NCBI GenBank assembly: GCA_964016885.1
Contig: OZ024742.1
Coordinates: 156,984,001 to 157,048,000, forward strand
Direction of reading: 5' to 3'
DNA: 64,000 bases
Origin: Eledone cirrhosa
Taxonomy: Eukaryota
Shown: positions 1-12,624 of the stretch, piece after piece
Layout of the letters: every line of letters begins with the position of its first letter
Position numbering within the stretch: the first letter of the stretch is position 1
The notes under the pieces: generated by a model
What the model was told of the DNA's origin: nothing
Seen by the model: only the letters and a program-made list of their open reading frames with translations
Databases searched by the model: none
Program-made: the position numbers and the translations under genes

Positions 1-447
1 AAGGTGCTGTGGGATTTAAGGATACAGACGGACAAAAAACTGGAACACAATAGACCTGACCTGGTGGTTGTGGACAAAGAAAAAAGATCGTGTCTGATTG
101 TGGATGTGGCCTGCCCGTTCGACACGAGAGTGCAAGAGAAGGAGAGGGAGAAAATTAACCGATACCAGGACCTAAAGTGGGAGGTGAAAAGGATTTGGAA
201 CTGCCATGAAGTCAAAGTGATCCCGATTGTCATAGGCGCACTGGGGACTATCTCCAAAAGTTTCCAGGGATGGTTAAAGAAAATCGGCCCCTTCACGCTT
301 TTTGGAACGCTTCAAAAGGCATGCTTGCTTGGAACAGCAAGAACCCTCCGATACGTCCTGAATATCTGAGGCTGCAGGTAGTGGCTTGATATTCAATCCA
401 ACGGACTTTCCAGTTAACCAACATCAATGACTGAGATTCAAGGAATA
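1..447 (+). mobile_element. 3' end of R4/Dong-type non-LTR retrotransposon (restriction-like endonuclease domain + 3' UTR), ending in (TAA)n
   Basis: ORF 4-369: LWD..IQTD..HNRPDLVVVDK..CLIVDVACP..EK..RYQDL..VIPIVIGALG..QKACLLGTARTLR, the RLE PD-(D/E)xK domain; (TAA)n follows at about 448-478. Confidence 0.9.
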
Positions 448-478
448 ACAACAATAATAATAATAATAATAATAATAA

Positions 479-592
479 TTGTTTCTACTTTTGGCACAAG
501 CCCAGCAATTATCCCAGTGCATTACTGGTACTTTTGTTTTATAAACCCCGTAAGGATGAAAGGCAAAGTTAACCTCGGCAGGATTGAACTCA

Positions 593-594
<2 letters not shown>
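479..594 (-). mobile_element. 5'-truncated tRNA-derived SINE embedded in (TAA)n
   Basis: Matches 22492-22676; B-box-like GAGTTCAATCC and core GCCTTTCATCCTTACGGGG; (TAA)n on both sides. Confidence 0.85.
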
Positions 595-634
<40 letters not shown>

Positions 635-636
<2 letters not shown>

Positions 637-3600
637 CTTTCTGTATTAACCACAAGGGTTTACACAAAGTAGACATTAATGACAGTACAGGACAATACAG
701 GAGGGTACAAAGGGGCATTTTCTCTATAGCTAAAGCCTTACTAGACCTAATGTACTCTATTCTAATCGCTCTTTTCAGAGCAAACCACCACTTTTTTGTT
801 GACGATGGCCCCCGTCAACGCCCACTTAACTAGTTAGTTAAGCCGGTCTCTGTAGGCCTTGCGCGCTGGTAAGGACGCGTTTAGCTTCCAGTAGCCGGGT
901 CCTCGTCTATGAAGCCTATCTAAGTGAAGCACAAAGATCACGAATGTGTGGTCCGTGTAGCTGACTATCTTGAATTGTGGACAGCCTATGCTAGACCTGT
1001 CTATTTCCCTACAAAATACTCTATCTAGATATGATCTGGATGACCCTATACTATTTGTCCAAGTCCACATTGGCACATTCGTGAAATCCAATCGGTACTG
1101 TCAGACAGTTCAAAACGTCTGAGCAGGTTGGTGAGGTTCTTGCACCCTCCTCCCCTATCCGCTAATCCCACACAGTCCCAGCGTGCATCTAAGATCCCGT
1201 TCCAGTCGCCCACTAACACTAAAGAGCGGGACGTTCCAAGAAAGGTCTCCAGACGCCGGAAGAAATCAGGCCGCCCTGCTCCTGTCGGGGCATAGACGGC
1301 CACTAGCCTGAAAGCTTTTCCGACTCCGCTGGTCACGTCCAGCACCACCAACTTACCTTCTGGGTCCAGGAAGATGGCCCATATGGCGAGATCCAAACCT
1401 CTGCGAAAGAGTACAGCAACTCCTCCCCCCGATCCAGGACGGCTGGGAGATGCGTACACATCGTAGCCGCCGAAGATCAGTGCGAAGGCCCGTGCTTCGG
1501 AGATTCTGGTCTCGCTGATAGCCACTATATTTATGTTTAGTGACCTGAGGTCGTTGAGCAGATGGCCCTGCTTCAGTGACGACCCCAAGCAACTCGCATT
1601 TATGCTGCCTATTCTGAGTGAGGTCATGTTGAAATGGAGTGGAACAGATGGGAAAGACCACTTACCTTACTTCTCGTAGAGGAAGGATGGTTTCTCCATC
1701 CTTTTCACTGCTTCTGGCCTCCTCCGGAAGGATGTCCTTATAAATCATCCCGGAGAGTGCTTGTTGGAAGTCTCCGATGTCTTTGGGAAATGTTTGTTTT
1801 AGTGTCGTGTACATTTTCTGTGTGATGCGAGTGATTTGTATGTGTGGAGTAGGTGTGAACTTGTGGGTTGTTGTGTAGACTTTTTCTGTGATGCTGATGT
1901 TGTGTTGGATGTAGTGTAATAATTGCTTGTTGTTCAAATTTATTGCTGTGTAGTGTGTATCGTGTTGGTTGTTTTGTTTTGTTTGCGTTTGTTGTGGGTT
2001 TGTTTCTGTTTCGCTTTTTGGTGACTTTTGTGGTGTTGGTGATGGTGGTGTCGGGATTAATGACGGTGATGGAGTTGGTGTTTGTGGTGATGGGTTTGGT
2101 GATGCTGGTGTGGATGGTGGCATGTCTGTCCTAAATTTTGTGTTTGATAGTTTATTTGTTTCCCTCTGTATTTTGTTTTTAGAGCAGGAAGGAAGAGATT
2201 TTTTTTCTTTTTTGGCTTCTTTTACTTTTTTTCTTTTTATGATACCGTTTCCCACTCCTCGTCTTCACAATCTGTCTCCAGTTGCGATAGGTCGGGGAGT
2301 GGAAAATCCTCCACAGGCGATGGTTTTGGTTGTGGCAAGGTGGATGGTGTAGGCGCTGGTGCTAGTTCTGGCGCGTTGGGTGGTGTTGGTTTTGCTACTG
2401 TTGCTGGGGTTGTTGCTGTTACAGTTCCTTCTGTTGTTGCTCATACAGTTGTTGCTGCCATTTCTGCTGCTGGTGGTGTTGATGGTTGAGTCACTGGGGT
2501 GGGTAAGAAAGGTGGCCTCAACATTTTAACCTGAGATCAGAAAGCCCTTAGATGGGTTCCTTCGCTACAAACGACATACCAAGGCCTTCTGCCCTCGACG
2601 ATACGGTGAGGTGGCTGCCGTCAGTGAGGTTTATTACCTCTGGGAACTCCTCAATGGCTTTTTGGTCCGCTTGGATCAGGAGCTCCATGCCAGATCCGGA
2701 CCAGTTCTCCTGCTTTTCTTTCGCTATTTCGATTATCTTGGTGTTGGCGTCGATGCTGGCGAGGACGGCAGCCATTAGCCAATGAATTTCGATGGCCGGT
2801 GGAACGTGGGTCACCCTGATCTTCACAAGACTTTGGCTACAATAGCTTGGGACGAGTGTGAAGTCGTCACTTCTTAATGGGGCCATGGAGTGTTCTCTGG
2901 CCTCCTGTGGTGTTTCAAAGAACACGTCCACGGTTCCATATTTCTGCCCCCGTCTGATGTGGGTTTTCTTTGCCCACACATGTCCCAAAGCATTTTGGAT
3001 TTGCGACTCGGATGCCAGTTCCACTCGGCGCGATTTTATGTTAATCGTCCAATAAGACACGGTGCATAGGTGTCGATGGTCCATTTTATTAGGTGGAAGT
3101 AGTGGGGGATGGCCCTGTACCCATCTTTCTTTACCATTCTGTTGGCTTCTTCTAATTCCTCCTGAGTTACCTGGATTGCTTCGCACATTTTTGCTACTCT
3201 GGCAAAAGATAGGGTGGTTTTCTTATTCTCATTGTTGTTGTTGCTGTTGTTGTTATCGTTATTTTTGTTATTGTTAATTTTAGTTTCAGTTGTGGTGGTG
3301 GCGTCAGTGGTGTTCAGTGTGGAAGAGTTCATTTTGGGTGAATCAATTTCGATGTCACGAGATAATTTATTTATTTATTTTGTTTCTGTTGTCGCTGTGG
3401 TGGTGGTGGGGTGGCGGCTTTAACACCTGCAGTCATTGGTAATGGCGCGAAATGAATGTCTGCATGAGACAAATTTAAAATATTGCTACTGCTTATATTT
3501 TTAGTGTTGGCAAACGTAGTAATATTTACAATGGTGGTGTCGGTGTGAGGTGTTAGTTTGTGAGGAAGGTGTGACACTGAGTCGTCCATGATTTTTTTTC

Positions 3601-3806
3601 AAAGAAATATTTTTGTTTGATAATTATAAAAGTTAAAATTTTGGGCTCAAGACCCCAATCATTTTGAGTGTCCTTTTCAGAAAATATGTATTTTGAAATT
3701 ATATACAGTTAACAATAAACATTTTACACAAATGGCAATTTTAAACAACTGGAAAGAACTAACCTTTGCGTAGCTCAGAATAATACGATTTACTACGTAG
3801 CTCGCC
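635..3806 (-). mobile_element. Tx1/L1-clade LINE copy 1, internally deleted: ORF1 + APE endonuclease + 3' terminal ~85 nt, no RT
   Basis: APE ORF from ATG 1627 (IGSINA, ISET, VYAP, LVGDWN, YLDRVF, YTDH, GYWKLN); disrupted ORF1 1662-3589; 3' end at 635 homologous to 3825 and 10208. Confidence 0.85.
1662..3589 (-). pseudogene. Tx1 ORF1 (gag-like) of copy 1, frameshifted
   Basis: Asn/Thr-rich N-terminus, SFARVAK motif, KKTHIRRGQKYGTVDVFF block shared with copy 2, Pro/Thr-rich and basic C-terminus. Confidence 0.65.
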
Positions 3807-3824
3807 AATAATAATAATAATAAT

Positions 3825-6800
3825 GATTTCTTTATTGGCTAAAAGGGCTGACATCCAGAAAAATATTACAGACGTCACAGGATGGTACAGGACGGTACGA
3901 TGTGGGTTTTGTCCGTGTAGATATTTTTATTATTTATATAAGAAAAGAAGAAAATGTCATAGAAACATATATATATATATATATAAACAATAAAAATGAA
4001 AATTGAAACAACGAAAAATTCCCCAATAGGGGGAAACCTCCGATGGTTGCTCGTGGCGAAAACCACATAAAAGACCACGGCCACCCTGACCACCAGGGCA
4101 AGTGCCCTTCCCAATTTTTCCATCTCTCAAACTACAGACGTATATTCAGAGCGGTCCCGTTCACTCAGACCATTCTCGCTACATTCAGCCACCTTTCAAA
4201 CAAACTTGCTAGAAGGCAGCACTTACCTCTCCAACCTGATTTTCCTCTTCAAGTGAAACTTGAAAAAGTTAATTAGGGATTCGCCGAAGAGGAAAGTATC
4301 TGTCTTTAACCCTTTCAACCTTGTCCATCACACAATCTCTTTCGCCATGGCCACCAGGCAGATGAAAATCGCCTGCCCTTCCTCCTTGAAAGAAGACGAC
4401 GAGACCATCTGCACAATGGACTCAGTCGAACCGGATCAGTCCTACACGCGAGAGCAACTGTTCGATATAGCCCCACAAGTCAGCAATGCACGGGAACTGA
4501 ACGAGTGCGTGCACGACGGTTTCGTCGCTCTGCGCGCATCTGGGACAGGCTCGGCTGACAGCACGTCCGTGCCTGTAGAGCTTATCTCGAATCCGCAGCG
4601 CTCCCCGAGAGCACAACCAGGCCAGGGATTTTTTAAAGTTATCCATAGGCCCTGGGCTGAATGTTCTCTGGAAGAGAGCAAACAGCTGATCTTTTTCGAC
4701 GCCCAGGATCTCTCCGAGAACGTCGTCGCACTTCCCCTCCGCTAGTCCTCTATAGAACGCTGAGGTGGATGTTCCACCGATACTGGTGACCAGCTGGCAG
4801 AGGGCAGTGAGAGCTTGGAGACATTCCAGTTTCCAAGCGCTATCCCTCGGTCTTTTTCTGATCCAGGACTGCAGCTCCGTGAAGGAGACGAGCTGTGGGA
4901 AAACGTGCCTGGTGAACGGTGACTACACCTGTTCGCCGTCAAGGAAGCACCAGAGATGTCGCAGCCTCAGCGCATTTTGCGCATCATCAGCCATGGCAAG
5001 CCCAGTCCTCCACGCAATGGGTGTTAACAGCAGATGAATCGTCATACAATGGGAATGCGTACCTTCAACAAAAAGCGGAAGAGGATGCGCTCCATTTTGG
5101 TGAGATTTGGGCCGGGGCAAGGGTCGACGGTCAGGCGGTAGCAGATGACGGATGCGAACTACACATTGGCCACATCCGCCCGGCCTTTCAGGACAGCTTC
5201 CTCTCGGCCCATTTCTGGGTGAGGGAGGCTACCTTGCTCGTCACCTCGTTCCAGTTTTTCTCCATCTGGATGTCCGGTCCGAAGCAGACTCCGAGCAATT
5301 TAACCGGTCCGTCCGTTCAACGCCCCACAACGCTGTCGGACGGCATTGTCTTGCCTCTCCAGGTGCCGAGCTGCAAGCCTTATTTTATCTTTGCTCCTGT
5401 CACAGCTTCGTATTCCTTGAGAGCGGTGCCGAGCATCTGGACGGGTCTGGAGGTCGACACCAACAAGGTGATGTCGTCGGCATAAGCCGACTCGTATTTT
5501 CCGCATCCTGGTTGGCGTGGGACGCCCCTCATCGCCCCCAGTTTCTGCAGTAACGGCTCGAGAGCCAATACGTACAAATGGTACGAGAGTGGATAAACCT
5601 GGCGGACTGAGCGCATGATGCTGAACGGCTGCGACAGGTGACCGTTCACCCTCACAACTGAAAAGATATCGCTGTAGATCGCAACGATTCAACCCCTAAA
5701 AACGGGCCCGAAACCAGGTGCCTCGAGGACCGCCACCAGGTACCGATGGTCGACCCTATCGAATGCTTTGGATTGATCCACATTGATCAGGACCCCACCT
5801 GTGCCAGATTCCTAAATAACCCTCTCTAAGGTGTATCGCATGAAGTGGAGGTTGTTGCGTATGGATCTGTTCGGAATGGCGCATTTCTACGCCTCTTCCA
5901 CCGGACCCTTGACGACAAGCGCCAACCTCGTTGCTAACACCTTAGCCAACATCTTGAACTCTGCGTTTAGCAGGGTTATGGGCCTGAAATTATCGATAAC
6001 ATCCCCCTTATTCGGGTCTTTTTCTCAGCAGCGGCACCGCTCTCCAGCTCACAAAACTGGCAATGCTCCCATTCTGCTGCCACTTGCAGTAGACGGCTGC
6101 TAAGAGGTCACCGAACAAGTCTGGCATAAATGCAGAAAGCTCGTAGGGCAGATCAATCAAACCTGGCGATTTACCCCACGTGCAGTTAGCCATCGATTCC
6201 CGTATTTTACCGGCTGTTATTGGCGTTTCGCAACACTGTGCCGCGGTCGTCAAGAGACTAAGCAGTCCGACGTATGCACTGAAGTCCATGTCCCGATCCG
6301 GGTCGCCGCTGCTCCCGAACAGTTCAGCAAAATGCTGCTGAAAAGCTTCACCCATCTGCTCGGGTTCGAGCAACACGCACCAGTTTTGGTCAGACAAAGA
6401 CCGAATTGTAGCTTTGTTGCCATGTCGCGCCTCTGCCACCCGGGACCATTGGTCGACTTTTGTCCCCTCGTGTTTCAGAGCACGGACTCTAGCTCTCACA
6501 GCGCAGCCTTCGTGTTTTGCGTTGAGGAATTGGTCGAGTGCCAATCTCGCCGCAAGCACGTCGGTTGCGATGTCTGACCTAAACGCCCCTTTCACCTTTC
6601 TAACTCACTCTGCCTCTACTCTATTTTCTTCTATCACTATTCCTTTGCTAAACCTAATCGACTCTACTTTAATTGCCTTTTCAGGGTGAACCACCACCTG
6701 TTGTTGACGACCGCTCCCGTCAACGCCCGCTTAACTAATACGCTAATCCGGTCTCTGTAAGCTTTGCGCACCGGGAACGACGCGTTCAGCTTCCAGTAAC

Positions 6801-9789
6801 CGGGCCCTTGTCTATGATGTCTGTCTATGTCGATCTCACAGATCCTAAATTTGTGGTCTGTGTAGTCGACTATTTTAAATTGTGGACAACTTATACTAGC
6901 CTTATCTAGTTCTCTGCAGAATACCCTATTGAGATACGATCTGGAAGACCCGATGCGGTTTGTCCATGTCCAATTTGGCACATTCGGGTGATCCATTCGA
7001 TACCTGTCAGAGAGTTCAAAACGTCTGAGCAGGTTGGTGAGGCTCTTGCACCCTCCTCCACTATCCACTAACACCACACAATGCTAGCGTGCATCCAAGA
7101 TACCGTTCCAGTCGCCCACAAACTCTAAAGAAAGATCTCTAGACGTCTGAAGAAATCAGGCCGTCCTGTCCCTGTTGGGGCGTAGACGGCTACAAGCCTG
7201 AAAGCATTGCCTTCGCTGCCGGTCACGTCCAGCACCACCGACTTACCTTCAGGGTCTAGGAATATGGCTCGTATGGCGAGATCCAAGCCTCTCCGAAAAA
7301 GGACGGCAACCCCTCCCCCCGATCCTGGACAGGTGGGAGATGCGTATATATCGTAGCCGCCGAAGACCGGTGCGACGGCTTGTGATTCGGAGATTCTGGC
7401 TTCGCTGATGGCCACCACATCCATGTTTAGTGACCTGAGGTCGTTGAGCAGGTGAAACTGCTTCCAAGATGACCTCATGCCACGTGCATTTGTACTGACT
7501 ATTCTGAGTACGGCCATGTTGGATGAGAAACGGGGCAAGTGAGAAAGGATCACTTACATTGATCGTGTGGTGAAGGGACAGTAGAACGTCCCTTTGGCTG
7601 GTCATGGGTGTTTCCAAGAGGGTGTCAGTTTATATCCTCTTGGTAACCTAACCACTGAAGTTTCCAACTGTGTTGGGGAATTTTTTTTTTAATGATGCTT
7701 ATGTTTGTCCGGAGAGTTCTTGGTGATGGTGGGGTGTAGTAGTTTTTTTCTGTGATGTCTGTGTGCTGCTTTATATATTGTATGAGTTCTTTTTTTGCCA
7801 TGTTTATGGCTGTGTACTTTTTGGGGGGACGGGTGATGTTGTTGCTGTTTGGTGTGTGTGTTTTGTTTTGTTTGCGTTGTTGGTGTATTTGGTGATGCTG
7901 TTGGTGGTGTGGTTGTTGTTAGCGGTGGTGCTTGTGGTGGTGATGGTGATGGTGGTTGTTTTGCTGCAAGTTTCCTTGCTGCCTTTATCCCTCTTTGTGT
8001 GCCTTCGCTTTTGGAGAGTGAATCTAAGGGTTTTTTCTTTTTTTCTTTTTTTGTGGCAGCCCATTTGCCACTTCACTCCCGCCTCAAACTCCATGTCGGT
8101 TTCCGTGGCGTCTGGGAGGGGTATGTGCTCCAAGGCAGTTGGTGGTGGTAGTGGAGCCCACTTCGGCAATATTGTTGCTGGTGTAGCTACTTCAAATGTA
8201 GCTATTGGAATTGCCACCACTGATGCTGCTTTAGTTGTCCGTGGCGTTGGTACGCGTGCCACGGACGTTGTCCTCCTACTCACCGTGGAAGGGGCTTCTG
8301 CGTTTTTTGCCTGCCCTGCTCTTGGTAGCAGCGGACCAGGTATTGGAAGGAGAGGGGCCTTCTTCTTCGCTGTCTCTGCGGGCAAAAGGCCCTGAGGTGA
8401 CCCTTCGACCTACAGAGATAACATTTTGGCCGTCTTACTTCTATGCTTATAGGGAGTTGGAGTCCTTCCTGGATGTCTATGATAACGGGGATAGCGTCGA
8501 TACTTTCCTGGTCAGTTTGTATAAGCATTTGCATGCCTATACCTGACTAGTTCTCTCTCCCTATTTTCTCAACTTGCAGCAAGGACAGACGCGGCCAGCC
8601 AATGTATGGGCACGTCGGGTGGGACCTGGGTCACTTTGAACATCACAATTTTCTGCCCGCAGTAAGAGGGCACCAAGACTATCTCCTCACTCTTTAGGGT
8701 TTCCAAAGAGTGAGACTTCGCTTCCTAGTGGGTGGCGAAAAGTACATCTACTGTGGTGTACTTTCTGCCTCGGGTGATGTGGGTTTTGCGTGTCCAAACG
8801 CACCCCAAGGCCTTTTGGATTTGAGCCTCCGTGCCTCTCTCCACCCAATGTTAGATTTTGCTTACGGTGCGGTAAGTCACCGTCTGTAGCTGCTGGTCCT
8901 TCAAAAAATCGGGTGGAGGTTTCAGGGAGACTCTATTGGGACTTCTTGTCACAATGGCCCTTGCGACTGCCATCTCCTCCTCTGTGACTAACACTGCCTC
9001 GATATTACGGGCGACACCTGCAAAAGAAGTGGTCCCTTTTTCAGCAGCACCACTATTGCTGCCGCTACTGGTCTTACTGGTGGTGCTGAGATCGCTGTTA
9101 ATGGTATTGATGTCATTGTTGATGTTTTCGTTGGTACAGTTGTTGGTGTTGTTGTTGTTGTTTTCATTCATACTGTTGCTGTTGTTACTGTTATTGTGAC
9201 TGTTGTTATTTGTGTTGTTTTTGTTGATATTATTCCTACTATTATTGTTGTTGTGGTTGTTGTTATTGTCATTGTTATTGTCGTTCTCGACCTTAACGCT
9301 GTTATTTTTGTTATTGTCGTTCTCGACTTTACCGCTGTTATTTGTGTTGTTGCTGTTGTTATTGATGGTGTTGTTGTTGGTGTTGCTGTTGGTGTTATTG
9401 TTGGTGTTGTTTGTGTTAGAAATATTTGGTAATTTTAAATCTGTAACAATCCTCTTTTCCTTTGTAATATTTTCGTTTATATTTACCTCCGCTGGAACGC
9501 TGTCTTGTTGACATGCTGATAAAGTCGCCCTCTCTCTGTGTTGTCTGACAGCGCTCTCTCTCTCTTTTTTGTATTATCCATGTTGACATTTTTTTTCAAA
9601 AAATATTTTTACACAAATACGACACCCCGTAAAGGGGTGCCGTATTACTTACGAGTGAACCCCTGTATTAGGTGGGTCCTTTCTTCTAAACTTTTATCAA
9701 ATTGAAAACTTGAATAAAAGGTTTAGAACGGTTGAAAACGAGGTAAAACGTTGAAAATAACTGGAGGCGATGAGAAGATTGGCTTCACC
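3825..9789 (-). mobile_element. Tx1/L1-clade LINE copy 2, near full length (~6 kb), multiply frameshifted
   Basis: ORF1 with zinc knuckle CYLCRSKGHLRAFC (ORF 8280-8534); ORF2 APE-RT-CCHC; AATAAA then (TTA)n at the 3' end; TAA-like tract 9792-9810 at the 5' end. Confidence 0.9.
4132..7517 (-). pseudogene. Tx1 ORF2 (APE endonuclease, reverse transcriptase, C-terminal CCHC), disrupted
   Basis: ATG 7517 MAVLRIVSTNARG; GKSPG; SAYADDITL (ORF 5380-5655); CPRCAQSDETVVHAL; ends VNGTALNIRL* at 4132. Confidence 0.85.
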
Positions 9790-9810
9790 AACAATAATAA
9801 TAGTAATAAT

Positions 9811-10172
9811 AAAAAGATCGTGCCTGATTGTAGATGTAGCCTGCCCATTTGACACGAGACTGCAAGAAAAGGAAAGGGAGAAAATTAACCGATACCAGGA
9901 CTTAAAGTGAGAGTTAAAAAGGATTTGGAACTGCCATGAAATCAAGGTCGTCCCAATTGTCATAGGCGCACTAGGTACTATCTCAAAGCGTTTCCAAGGA
10001 TGGTTAAAGAAGATTCGTCCAGCCACGCTTTTTGGAACACTTCAAAAGGCATGCTTGCTGGGACAGCAAGAACCCTCCGATACGTCCTAAATGTCTGAGG
10101 CTGCAGGTAGCGGCTCGATATTCATTTCAACAAACTTTCCAGTTAGATAACATCAATGACAGAGACTCAAAG
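9811..10172 (+). mobile_element. 5'-truncated R4/Dong RLE 3' fragment flanked by TAA repeats
   Basis: Close nucleotide match to 81-447; (TAA)-like tracts at 9792-9810 and 10173-10207. Confidence 0.9.
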
Positions 10173-10175
10173 AAC

Positions 10176-10207
<32 letters not shown>

Positions 10208-10209
<2 letters not shown>

Positions 10210-12624
10210 GTTTCTTTATGGGCCACAATGGCTAACATGAAGAAAACAATTACAGACGGCACAGGACGATACAAAGTGGGCTTTGCCCGTGTAAAAGGGT
10301 TATAAAAGACAGAAACGTGTAAAATAAATTAAAATTCAAACAACAAAAATTCACCAATAAGGGGGGAAGCTTCCGAGGGTCACTCGTGGAGAAAACCTCA
10401 CAAAAGACCACGGACACCCTGACCACCAGGGCAAGCGCCCTCTCCCAGTTTTCCCACTCTTCTGTCTACAGGCGCATATTCAGAGTGGGCCCGTTCACTC
10501 GGACCAGATTCGTCACTGTCACCCACCTTTCAAACAAACTTACTAGAAGACAGCCCTTGCCTTTCCACCTTGATTTTCCGCTTTCAAATGAAACTTGTAA
10601 AAGTTAATCAGGGATTGGCCGGAGAAGAAAGTGTACGTTTTCAAATCTTTCAACCTTGTTCACCACACAATCTCTTTCGTCATGGCCACCAGGCAGATGA
10701 AGTCTGCTTGCTCTTCTTCCTCTTTAAAGGAGGATGGCGGGTCTATCAGCACAATGGACTCAGTTTTTAACCGGATCCGTCCTACACGCGACAGCTACTG
10801 TTCAACATAGCTCCACAAGTCAGTAATTCTCGGGCACTGAACGATTGCGTGTAGGACCGTTTCGTCGTCCTGCGCGCATCTCGGACAGGCTCGGCTGACA
10901 GCACCTCCGTGTGTGTAGAGCTTATCCCGAACCTGCAACGCTCCCAGATAGCACTGCCAGGCCAGGGATTTCTGGAAATTGTCCATGGGTCCCGGGCTGA
11001 AAGTTCTCATGAAGGGAACAAACAACTGATCGTCCAGGGTCTCCCCGAGAACGTCGTCGCACTTCCCCTCCACTTACCCTCTACAGAACGCCAAGGCGGT
11101 TGTTCCAAGGATATCAATGCCCAGCTGGTAGAGGGCCGTGAGCGCCTGGAGACGAGCTGTGGAAAAGCGTATCTGTAAAACGGCGACCACACCTGTTCAC
11201 CGCCAAGGAAGCACCAGTGATGTCGCAGCCTCAGCTCATATTTGCGCATCATTAGCCACGGCATACCCAGTACTCCACGCAATGGGCAATGACAGTAGAT
11301 GGATCGTTTGACCATGAGAGCACGTCCCATCCACAAAAAGCGGAAGAGAAGGCACTCCATTTTGGTCATAGTTGGACTGGAGCAAGGTAAGACGGTCTGG
11401 CGGTAACATATGACGGAGGCGATGTACGCATTCGCCACCTCCTCCCGACCTTTCAGAGACAGCCTCCTCTCAGCCCATTTCTAGGTGAGAGAAGTCACCC
11501 TGATCGTCACCTCGCTCCAGTTTTTCTCCATCTGGAGGTCCGGACCGAACCAGACCCCGACAATTTAACCGGTACTTCTGTCCAGCGCCCCGTGACGCTG
11601 TCTGACGGCATCGAATTGCGACTCCAGATACCGAGTTGCAAGCCTACCGACTTTTCCTGGTTTGTCTTTGCTCCTGCCATCGCTTCGTAGTCCTTGAGAG
11701 CGGTGCCCAGCATCTGGACGTGTTTTGTGCTCGACAACACCACGGTGCCGTCATCGGCATTAGCCGACACGGATCTTCCGCATCCCAGTTCGCGAGGTAC
11801 CCCCTCATGGTCTCCAATTTGTGCAGTAATGGTTCGAGGGGAAGTACGTATAAGAAGGTCGAGAGGAGACAATCCGGGCTGACCGAGAGCATGATGCTGA
11901 GACAGCTGCGACAGGTGACCATTCACCCTCACAATCGAGCAGATGTTGCTGTGCCTCGCAGCGATGCATCCCCTAAAAACGGGCCAGAAGACGGCCACCT
12001 CGAGAACCACAGCCACGTACCGATGGTCGACCCTATCAAATACTTTAGATTGATCTGTGAATGCTCCCGTTCTACTGCCAGTTACAGTAGACATCTGCCA
12101 AGAAGTTGCCGAACAAGTCTGGCATATACGCATAAAGCTCGTAGGTCATACCATCAAGACGTGGCGATTTACCCCTCGTGCAGTCAGTCACGGCTTCCCG
12201 TATTTCACCTGCTGTTATCGGCTTTTTGCAGCACTGCGCTGCGGTCGTCGAGAGCCGCGGCAGTCCGTCAAGGTATGCACCGAAGTCCATACTCCGATCC
12301 GATCCGCCGCTGCTCCAGAACAATCGAGCAAAGTGCTGTTGAAAATATTCGGATAATCCAGTCTATACCTGTCAGAGAGTTCAAAACGTCTGAGCAGGTT
12401 GTTGAAGCTTTTACACCCTCCTCCCACACAATCCCAGCGTGCATCTAAGATACCGCTCCAGTCGCCCACTAACACTAAAGAGCGGGACGTTCCAAGAAAA
12501 TCTCTAGACGTCTGAAGAAATCTGGCCGTCCTGCACCTGTTGGGGCATAGACCGCTACTAGCCTGAAAGCATTGCCTTCGCTGCCAGTCACGTCCAGCAC
12601 CAGCGCTTTACCTTCTGGGTCCAG
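10208..12624 (-). mobile_element. Tx1/L1-clade LINE copy 3, 5'-truncated with several internal deletions
   Basis: Colinear with 3825-7260; ADD motif (ANADDG), CPRCAQDDETVLHAIVQC, APE remnant LVGDWSG. Confidence 0.85.

Noticed and set aside
1943-9511. Hydrophobic V/L-rich + strand ORFs resembling membrane proteins (for example 7763-8395, 9196-9511)
   Set aside because: Antisense shadows of the Asn/Thr-rich Tx1 ORF1.
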